From contig OZ024741.1 of NCBI GenBank assembly GCA_964016885.1, forward strand, positions 26,164,001 through 26,228,000: 64,000 bases of DNA, read 5' to 3'. Position 1 is the first letter of the stretch. Every line of letters begins with the position of its first letter. The notes below the pieces were generated by a model. The model had not been told where the DNA came from. It saw only the letters and a list, made by a program, of their open reading frames with translations, and made no database searches. Of the stretch, positions 1-11,400 are shown in pieces. Origin of the DNA: Eledone cirrhosa (taxonomy: Eukaryota). Made by a program: the position numbers and the translations under genes.

Positions 1-177
1 CCTCCCAGTCCACACTGTAAATGTGGTTAGTGTTAGGAAGGGCATCCAGTGGTAGAAAACCCGCCAGACAGTCCTATATGAGCAAGACAACCAATCTTGC
101 CTCAAGTGGGAAAATTCCCGTCCAAACCCATGCAAGCGTGGAAGATGGACGTTAAACGATGATGATGATGATGATGG
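1..177 (+). mobile_element. 3' end of an RTE-type LINE or RTE-tailed SINE with (GAT)n tail
   Basis: Matches the 3' UTR of the RTE at 60653-61150 (gtgttaggaagggcatccag...cccgtccaaacccatgcaagcgtggaa...gatgatgat). Further copies at about 9190-9348 and 51345-51436. Confidence 0.8.
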
Positions 178-262
178 TCATAAAACAAAGTAAAAACACA
201 TCCCCAAACTTGTTTTTTACCATCGCTATCTTCTGATAGTGTTACCTTGTGTGTTTCTTCAG

Positions 263-355
263 ATTGGCGTCCACTCTCCTACGTACACTACTGTGTGATG
301 ATCAACAGAGCAGAGAACTGGTCAAGAATTATGAAGGAATACCTGTCTTACTCAG
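263..355 (+). CDS. NEK10: NEK10 exon (ARM region; [31 protein letters not shown])
   Basis: ttcttcag acceptor, cag|gtatgt donor; matches the NEK10 motif [12 protein letters not shown]. Confidence 0.9.
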
Positions 356-3300
356 GTATGTAATACACAGTAAAGGAATACCTGTCTTACTCAGGTATGT
401 AAGACAACAGTAACTTGAGCAATAACAAATATATAATTGTTTCTACTTTTGGCACAAGGCCTGCAATTAACCCAGTGCAAAATATATAATAAAGGAATAC
501 CTGTCTTGTTCAGTGACTTGTACAATAACAGATATATAATGAAGGATACCTGTCTTACTCAGGTATGTAATACAACAGTAAAGGAATACCTGTATTGCCC
601 AGGTGTGTATTACAACAGTAATTTTAACAATAACAGATATATAAGTGGTATTTCAGATCATTTGGCCTTGTGCCTAAAGTAGAAACAATTATTAGAATAT
701 GTAATGTTGTACTGTTGTATACTGGACAACAGTATGGAAGTACCCAGTATGAGACTCAGCTATGTTGACAGCAATGGGGTTGATTTAATAATCATTTCTA
801 CTTTTGGCACAAGACCAGCAATTACCCAGTGCATTACTGGTACTTTATTTTATCGACCCCGTAAGGATGAAAGACAAAGTTAACCTCGGCGGGATTTGAA
901 CTCAGAATGGCAAGGGCCGTAACTCTGCGTCAAAGCATGCGTCTGACCCTCTACCGATACTGCCAATCCACTGCCCTGGGTTGATTTAATAATAATAATG
1001 AAATTATTGTGTACAGTGCTCAGGTGCACTACAACTCGTCAAAGGGCCATGTATAGTACATAGAATAATATACAAATGTCAGGGAAGTTAATAGTGTTAT
1101 GAGTCATGATATACATATGTGTATGTGTATGGAGGGGGAATATCAGGTGTAGTGTTGGCGAATCTCAGGAAGGATGGGGGTTTTAAAGGATGCAGTGTCT
1201 CGACAGCTAACAACTGATGCAGCTAGTTTGTTCCATATCAGCCTATCATTATTCTTGAGTCTCAAATAATTATTTCCCTACCCTCGCCCCTGTTGGAATA
1301 CGTAATAGAGTAATATATATATATATCACCATCATCATCATCATGGTTTAACGTCTATCTTCCACACTAACATGGTTTGGACGGGTTTGTTCCACTTGAG
1401 GCAAGTTTGGTTGGGTGACCATGTCTCGCTCATATATAAGCTGTCAAAAAATCAGAGATCTACATGGTGTGCATGTATATGTTTTCAAGAAACATCTCAA
1501 GATTCTACTGATCAAGATTCCAGATGAACCCACAGCACGAGGTGAAGCACAAATAAGAGCAGCAACAACAAACTACCTTTTGCATCAATGGCCAACCAGG
1601 GAAGGCTGGCTATAGAATGTGTAGCATCGGTGGCAGTGCCCCAGCATGGCCTCAACCTGTCGGCTGGAACATGTAATAGAGTAATATATATATAGAGAGA
1701 TAGAACAAGTTTAATATAGCAATGGCTTCTACAGGACTAGAACTGTTTCATTTGAAGGAAATCATCAGGAAAGCCAACTGTTGTTGTAATATAGTGGTAT
1801 ATATATATATATATATATATTTAAACTGATTGAACCCGGGATAAACATATATATATATACACTCACACACTCACATATACATATGTGTATGTGTGTGTGT
1901 ATGTGTGTATAAAATATTTTGTTTTATTGCAGCCAGCTACATAACAGCAACATGGAACTACAATGGCAGGTGGTCTGGTGTTTGGTGAACCTTAGTGAAG
2001 ATTCTAATGCCAGACATGAGATCAAACAAATGGGTGGAATTCCTCTCCTACTCTCACTTTTGCAGTAAGTTTCTGGAATTTTCCATTTTTTTAATAGTTT
2101 TATATATCTTTAAAATATATTTAACCTTTTTGATACTAACCCTGCCAAAACCATCTGGTCCTATGAAACAACACCACCCATTTTAAAGGGTTCTTATTTA
2201 AATTAAAATCTTTGATAAGAACCATGTGTTAAGTTACTATCTCAGTGATAAAATAATTAAAAATTTTAGTAAGTCCCTCTAAATTTTTCATTAATTAATT
2301 CAAATACAGTTTATTTCATTAAAAATATGGTCACAAATAGGTTAAAGGAGTTTAACCCTTTAGCATTTACATTACTCTATATATACTATTGTATTTTTGC
2401 ATTAAAAGCTTTATCTTACATAATATTGAATCTATGAGATTTTGATATTATTTATTTTGAGAACAATACCTTAACATGAGTATGAGCAGCCAGTTACAGC
2501 CAGTGTGAACAGAAAGAGGTGAGGAAATTCTGGCCGGTTACGACCGGTTTAAATGCTAAGGGGTTAAAACTACTCTTGGTATTGTGTATGTGTGTGTGCC
2601 TGTGTCTATGTGTGCGTGTGTCTATGTGTATGTGTGTGCCTGCGTATGTGTGTGTATGTCTGTGTCTATGTGTGTGCGTGTGTATGTCTGTGTCTATGTG
2701 TGTGTGTGTGTCAGTATGTGTCTGTGTATGTGTGTATGTATGTATTGACACTAGACAACTGTCACTAAACACCAGCTTACCACAACTAAATATCAATAAA
2801 CAAATATTAAACACTAACTGAACAACTCTAAACATTTACTAGTAGATAACAGTAGTTATTAGACATTTAAACACAAACTGACAGAAACTTAAACATTTCA
2901 CAACAAATACTTCCTATCTTCCTATCCTCGGGTTGTCCAGATGATGGAGATGATGATGATATACTATATCTGAAGACTATAAATGACAGGATGTGTTTTG
3001 ATCATAAGTCTGATTTATACTACAGGGAAAAGATTACAGAAACCCCTAGTTTAGACAACTGCACAACACCGGGGAAGGATGCTGACACACAGGTGAGTGA
3101 AAGGAGTTTTTGATGTTCATTTATTATTGTTTTATACACACAGGTGTCTATGTCCCTTTTTTCCATCTCCAAGGGTACTTTACCAATTTTTCTCAACTAT
3201 TACTCATACACGGACCTGTAATTTCTGAGGGGGTTGTTAGGGTGCCATATTGACATACAGCATTTCTAGGGTATTTTTAAATCTGACAGAACCCATCTCC

Positions 3301-6300
3301 TCTCCAGGTATTTATATCATTTATAGTAATTGACTATTGTTATTTTCTCCGTTTTTCTGTTCATAAGAGGTTTTGTTTAGCCCAACTCCTTGCTACAATT
3401 ACTGTACCATCTGGCTGTTTTACAGCTATTTCCATGTTTAAAATTCCTACAATTTTATGAAATATTTACTCACTCATCACTCATATCATGTTATATTTTC
3501 TTCCTCTATTTCTACAGGACATAAGTACATTTGAACTCAGTTGTTCATTAAAATCAGGTAATTGTCTCCATTAATTTCTTTCACCATCATCATCATCATC
3601 ACCGTTTAATGTCCATTTTTCATGCTAGCATGGGTTAGACAAGGTGTCATGTTGTGAGACAAGCCAGATCAGATGACCGTGTTGTGCTCAATTGTTGGCT
3701 TTGTGCTTAAATCAGAAACCATTATTATTATGTTTTGATGTTTGTGCACCAAGTGTAAAATTATATTTCAACTGTTGCATCATTTGTCTACAGCTTGTTG
3801 TGCAGCTCTGACAGAGCTAGTACTTGATGACACCAATGCACATCAGATAGTATTGGCCAATGGAATCTACATCTTGGGTCAGCTGATCTTGCCTCGACCA
3901 ATGAATGACAAGAGAAAGAACTTAGCGATTGATATACTGCAGGTTTGTGACTCTCTATTTCTCTTTCATAACTTAGGTCTAACTTAGTAACTGTTACTAT
4001 AAAGGAAAGGACACAAATACAGCCAATATTTCAGGCACAAAAAAAGCATATAAGCTAAAGCTTATTCTTGTCTTAGTGCCGAGTCAATAAATGTCTCTGG
4101 TGAAGGTTAAAAATCTAAAAAACACGTGTCTGACATTCTCACATAACTTTTGAGACAGCTGTGACATGATCACAACTTTAAATATTCATAGAAAGACTCT
4201 TGTATGTATATTATACATAAACATGTATATGTCTTCATATACACCTTTAGCTACTTCATTAATCCTAATCTGTCAAGTTCACACTATATGCAAATGAGCA
4301 TCTCCAGCTGATGTTTATTTGTACTGTATGCAAATGAGCATCTTTTGCCAATGTTTCATATGCAAAAAAGTATATAAGCTATAGCTTATTCTTGCCTCAG
4401 CAACAAGTGAGTATATGTCACCGATGAATGATAAAAACCCAGAAACAGTTTTCTGATATTCTCACCACTACTACTGAAGTAGTGGTGACATTATCACAAC
4501 TTTAAATATTTATAGCAAGACTCTTGTATGTCTGTTATACATAAATATATGGTATATGTCTTCAAATACACCTCTATTAAAATATCTTTTGTATTTGAAC
4601 TTTCAGAAAAATTCCTTTCGAACTCTGCGCTTCTTGTTTAGTGTTGAGAGGAACCGGCGTCTGTTCAAGCGTTTGTTGCCTGCGGAACTCTATGAGATGT
4701 TTATTGATGTTGGCCATTACAATAAGAAACTGGACAACTATGAGTACCTAGGGAAACAAATAAACAACCTACCTGTAAGTTCAAGGTTACCACAGCTTTT
4801 TGTGGGTTTTCTCCATGAGTAATCCTCGGAGGTATCCCCACTTTTGGGGAATTTGTTGTTTTTATTTTAAATGCTTATTATTTTGTCTTCTTTATAAACC
4901 TTTGATTCACACAATAAACCCCACAATATACTGTCCTTATTGTCCTCTTAATGTAAGCCCTGTGTGGCTAATAAAGAAGGCAGGGGATTGGCAGTATCAG
5001 TTGGGTATCAAACAACATGCTTTGTATCATAGAGTTACGACCCTTTATGTTCTGAGTTAAAATCTTGCCAAGATTAACTTTGCCTTTTATCCTTACAAGG
5101 TCGATAAAGTACCAGTAATGCATTGGAGTTGACTTAATCGACTTTCCCCTCCCCCAAATTTGTTGGCCTTGTGCCTAAAATAGAAACAATTATTATCATT
5201 TATTTGCTTACTATCTACTAGGTCATCCCATAAATAATGCAGTTTTTTTCAGTTGCATGTAATAAAGGTGAGAAGGGGCTGGGAATAAATACCTGTATCA
5301 ACTTGTTATAGACACAGGTATTAGTGTAGATAATTGTTTCTACTATTGGCACAAGGCCAGCAATTACCCAGTACATTACTGGTACTTTATTTTATCGACC
5401 CCGTAAGGATGAAAGGCAATGTTAACCTGGGCGGGATTGATAATGAAGGAGAATATATTTTAGATTAAACATAGTTTTGTTTATCTTCTTCTTCACCCAC
5501 TTATTCCTGAGAAGGTTGTGTGGAGGCAGAGTCCTCAAAGACTCCTTCCAGTAGATCTTGTTTAAAGCAACCATTTCCAAATAGTTCTGGCTGGATCCAA
5601 GTGAGACCAGCCAAGCTCATGGATGTTATCCAACCATATTGTTCTGGGTCTTCTGCTGGTTGGTTTTCCCCATAAAATCTCTCCAGCGATTCTTTCCTGA
5701 GACAGTCTTTATCTTCATTTTTTTAAATAAAACAACTATATAAAAAAAAATGCATTATTTCTTTCTGTGATGTCCGACTAGATAGATTTTTTTATTAATT
5801 TTCCAGCCTGAAACCATTGAAGACATCAAAACTAACTTACAAGAGACTGACCAGAACAAGAAACCCAACCATTATATTGGGGATTATGCTGTGTTTGAAC
5901 TGCTGGGTAGCGGTGGTTTTGGTTCAGTTTATAAGGTGAAGAAAACCACCGGTCAGTCATTTTTGGCCCTGAAAGAAGTGAGTATTGCTTCTCTCTCTCT
6001 CTCTCTCTTATTTAGTTATGTTCTGAGATCAAATCCTGCTGTGATTCATTATGCTCCTCACCTTTCAATGCCCAATAAAATGAATAATTAAAGTCCTGGA
6101 AGGTTGATTCACAGAATTGTTAGAGCATAAGTCGGGGGTGCCTCACAATATTTATTCCACCTTTTAGCATTCTGAGTTTAAATCATACCTCCATGACACC
6201 AGAAAAATGCTGGGGCCCCAATCATGAAATTGCCTCTGAAGTGCAACTTATTTTTACCACAAAAATATTCTCTCATCTGTTGTTTTTCAGATAGATTTGC

Positions 6301-8369
6301 AGAACCCAGTATTTGGTAAGAATGAGACAGAAAGGTCCAGTAGTGTTGGTAAAATGATAAGTGAACTGAACATTATCAGGGAACAGCTTCGACACCAAAA
6401 TATTGTACGATATTACAAGACATTTCAGTTGGGTAATTTTCTTTATACAATACTCACTGCTTTTCAACCCAGGAATATTGAAATGATAATAATAACCTTT
6501 TCTTTTAATTTAATTTTTTTGTTTTTATTATTATCTTTTTTTAATTAATTAAATATATATATACATTTTTAATAATTGTTTCTACGTTAGGCACAAGGCC
6601 AGGAATTACCCAGTGTATTACTGGTACTTTATTTTATCGACCCCGTAAGGATGAAAGGCAAAGTTAACCTCGGCGGGATTTGATATACATTTTTAATAAT
6701 GAAATGTTAATTATAATTATAATAAAACAATATGACAACACCTGGCCTCATGCCCTGAATGAGTGGAGACAACCTGAGATAGTGAAATGTCCCTTAAGCA
6801 TGCAAGATTCAAGTTAAGCCCCTTTAGTGCTGGTGCTATGATAAAATGCACTCAGTAGAGTCTGTAATATGGCTGGTGATCAAACAGACATAACCAACTT
6901 TCTTGTGCAGGTACCATGATAAAATGCACCCAGTACACCCTGTAAAGTGGCTGATATTACAAAGAGGCACATGGCTTAGTGGTTAGAGCGTTGGCCTTGC
7001 AATCGAAAGGTTGTGAGTTCAATTCTCAGACCGGGTGATGTGTTGTTTCCTTGAGCAAGAGACTTTATTTCACATTGCTCCAGTTTACTCAGCTGTAGAA
7101 ATGAGATGATAGGAACTGGGATCCATATCATTCCACTGCAAAGTGGTCGTGGAGGTGCCGCGGCAAAAAAGCACCCAGCACTCACTGTAAATGCGGTTGG
7201 TGTTAGGAAGGGCATCCAGCTGTAGAAATCAAGCCAGAATCAGTTCCCGTCCCACCCTTGCAAGCAGGGAAAAAGCGGACGTAAAAGGAAATAAAATGAA
7301 TGATGAAACCATGCCAAAAAACAGAGCATATGAACAAGATAATAATAATGAAAATATTGTGTAGTGTTCAGGTGCACTACAACTTATCAAAAGTGTATGT
7401 ATAGTACATAGGGTAATGTACAAACGTCAGGAAAATGAACAGGGCATGAGTCATGATATACACATGTGTGCATGTGTATGGAAGGGGGACATCAGGTGTA
7501 GTTTTGGCGAATTTCGGGAAGCATGAGGGTTTTAAAGGATGCAGTGTCTCAGCAGCTAACAGTGGTTTTCCACTCCTGTCCAATCTCAGACCGAGATGTT
7601 CTGTTCATTCCATGCTATAATATAAACATTTAGATAATCTGGGAACAAGAGAAAAAATGAGAAAGTAAAAAAAATATTGTTTATATTGTGATGTAAATGA
7701 TTTTGTTGTGTTAAAATTGTGATGTAATAGATCTTGTGTTAATATTGTGATGTAAATGATTTTGTTGTGTTAAATCTGTGATGTAATAGATTTTGTTATG
7801 TTAAATCTCTGATGTAATAGATTTTGTTATGTTAAATCTGTGATGTAATAGATTTTGTTGTGTTAAATCTCTGATGTAATATATTTTGTTGTTTTAAAAC
7901 TGTTAGGTCAGAAGTTGTACATTGTAATGGAACTCATCGATGGTGCCCCTCTCAAGGAACATTTCAATTCATTGAAAGAGAAGCGATACCTGTTTGAAGA
8001 ATCAAGAATCTGGAATATATTGATCCAGGTAAGAGATATACAGGAGTTGATAGAGTTGGACAGAATGTCATTCAATATTTGTTCCAACCCTCTACATTCT
8101 TAGTTCAAATCCTGTCACGGTCGACTTTGTTTTTCTTCCTTTGGGGTAGCAGTGGAGGTGTCACTAAGTACTAATCCAGGGAAAAGGATTGATTTTGAGG
8201 TGAGGTGTTGGTGGTGGTGAGGTGTCACTAAATAAAGTATCAATCTAAGGTAGAGGATTGATTTTGGAGTGGGGGTGGGGATGTTGCTAAATAACAATCG
8301 AGAATAGTAAGATTGATATGGTATCGAATAAATATCATCATCATCATTTAAAATCCAATTTCTTGGCTA

Positions 8370-8411
<42 letters not shown>

Positions 8412-11400
8412 CACCACACTCACATATACATGTATGTATATTGCCAGACAAAGGCAGGAGAAATATGTTCTAAATACACAATAATATTGGGGTTAAATAG
8501 AGAAACAGTTTTTATGAATGAAATTTATAACCAAAAATGACTTTTTGTAAATTACTTGACTTACATGATGTAAGTTTAAGTTGTTCTTTGAACAGAACTA
8601 TCTTGGTCACATATATAGCCTTATCCATCAAACAAGCCTGGTGGTAAGCTTCTGGGACCAAGGATGAGAACTGGGGAGATGGCCAACCACCAAGATAGAA
8701 AAGGGAGAGCTTTATGAACCTGACATAGTCTTCTCAGGGAAAGCAGTACAGTCAGTAGATATTCAAACATCTTCTTTTGCTTGTAAAAATCTTGCATGGG
8801 TTTATCATCGTCCAGGATAGTTTGATAATAAGACTTATTGATGGAGTCCCAATATTCCTGGAACTTTTTGAATATTGGGATACTGGGACCAGATGATTCG
8901 AAAAAGATGTCAAAGACTTTCTTCAAAGCCAGTTCAAAAATATGAAGCCGATAGTAATAATTCTCCATCCCAGTGAAAGACAAGCCAGAATCTGTCTTCA
9001 GGTGGAAAAGCAGATAACTCAATTTCCTGAGCCATCTTCTCACAGACACTGGTTCTTATTCAATAAACAGTTGAGGGGGAAATCAAAAGTTCAGACACAT
9101 CATGACCAAGACCCTTCACAATTGTCATGTAAGAAGTCTATTAACAGATGCTGTAAATATTTACATTAACAGATGTAAATATTTGTCTACACTATAAACG
9201 TGGTTGGTGCTAGGAAGGGCATCCAGCTGTAGAAACCTGCCAGATAGTCCTATACGAGCGAGACGACCAATCTTGGCTCAAGTGGGACAATTCCCGTCTA
9301 AACCAATGCTAGCGTGGAAGATAGACGTTAAACGATGATGATGATGATTAACAAATGTTGTAAATATCTGTCTACATAAACAGATGTAAATGCCTGTCCA
9401 TTAACAGATGTAGATATCTGTCTATTAACAGATGCTATAAATGTCTACATAAACAGATGTAAATATATGTCCATTAACAGATGTAAATATATGTCCATTA
9501 ACAGATGTAAATATCTACATTAATAGATGCTGCTTGCATTGCGTTACTTACACAAAGAGAAAGGAATTGTTCATCGAGATTTAACCCCCAACAATATTAT
9601 GATTGGTGAGCAGGATCGGGTTACTATCAGTGAGTTCACTTTTTATATATTTACTTACATTTGCTGTTGATTTAAATTTCTCTGGATATTGGCTTTATTA
9701 TGGATTGTCCAGGATGGCCTGACACGGTCTTATAACTTGGTGTATTGACAGAACAGTATACTAGGGTTGGCTGAATAGGTCCAAACATTAATATGCTGAC
9801 CAAGAGACTCTCATGGAATGACCAAATGAGGCATATTTTACAACATAGTTCCTGGAAAGAAACAATGCAGTTATTAATAAAAAAGAGTTGAAATTAATCC
9901 ATGCAAGATTTCACAGCTCTAGCATCACTCTTTCACAGTTAGTCTAGCCTATGAACTTTTCAGCTGACTGTCATATGTCAGCCAATACTTGTTAGACTGA
10001 GGAATTTGTGGTCAGCTTTGGTCTAAACCAGTGTTTCCCAACATAGGCGCTAGCGTCCCCTTGTGAGAGGTGTTGTGTTGAAAGGGGGCGCTGGGAGTTT
10101 TTATTTCATTGGGGGGGGGGGGGGGGGGTTGAATATACTCAGATGGGCTGTGGGTATTTCTTCATTCTTTTTCTTTCAAATTAAAAAAAACACTTTGGCA
10201 ACACCAAGTGAATTCCTGGCACCATGTGTAACGGAATGAACTCTATAGATAGTGAACACAACCACAAGGATATGGTCCGAACGTGGAAGAGCCGAACTTG
10301 AACTGTCATCGCCTCCATCTCTCTCGCTCTCCCCATCTCTCTGTATGGTGAGCAAATGGGGTCCCACATACTGGCCTTCCCACAGCTCCGGCGGACAGAA
10401 TGGAGAAGGGGTTCCTCCGGGAGATGGTAAGGGCGATGCGCTAGAAGAGCCATTCCACCTCACGAGGCTCACACCTGCAGCTGGCCAACTCAGCGCCTAT
10501 GGTGTGGAATAGGGAGGTAGCCCTAGGACCAAGGACACCAGAAGTCTCCACTGCCAAGGGCACAACCGCGAACCTGTCGGAGAGCAACCGGTACTTGGAG
10601 AGTTTGACCTTCTCAGCCCGACGTGCAGCAGAACCTGGGTTAGTCGCAGACTGCACCAGGTTGCGGCTGGAGAAAGTGTCGCTGCAAGTGGTATCCCAGA
10701 CGAGGGGTTTGTCACCACAAAACGGAAAGATGGTCATACCGTCTGGCCTTTTGCCATCTCCTCGGTCCCGCCCCACCGGCTCGAGCTGGGAGGGGAAGCC
10801 TGCAGCATCCAAGCCATGCTTTATGACCTCACTGAGGGCAACATGGCGTGGAAGGCCGGCACTGTAGCAACAGGAAAGCGGGTGGAGGCCGAAAGTGTCC
10901 ACGGTGGATCCACAGCAACATTTATGTGGCCCGCAGATCTGGAGGCCAAGCCTCAAGGAAACGCCGATGTGCAGGCTATCGTTATCCAGCTGCGTGCCAG
11001 TGGAGAAGGAGGGCAAGGCATGGAGCCAGGCAACACTGGGTTGGGAGGCCACGCAAAAACTGGCAAGGTGGTGCTGGTCAAGCTGGCGCGTGAGCCTGTC
11101 TGAGGCCAGGCTGCACTGGATGGCATCCCAAATGCTTTGGGAGGACTTGACGTCAGCAGGGGGAGAAGGAGTGACATCTACTGGGATAAGTCACAGCCGG
11201 TCCCACGTTTCACAGGCAGCCTCACGTTCCCCGATCACTGAGAGTTCCATTGTGTTTTGGAGAACCCTGCTGACAAGGATGCGGCATGAGGTTACCCTGT
11301 GTAACTGGTGTCGCTAAAGTGAAACGCCCAAAACAAAAATAGATGAATGGTGACAGACGACTAAAAGGAAAAAAAATAAAACAATGAATAAAAGTGAAAA

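Noticed and set aside
6964-7040. tRNA-like sequence with A and B boxes
   Set aside because: Continues into a SINE body and is multi-copy; no complete cloverleaf, so not called a tRNA gene
10499-11317. Several plus-strand ORFs over the GC-rich segment (likewise the antisense ORFs over the LINEs)
   Set aside because: Shadow frames of the retrotransposon coding sequence on the opposite strand
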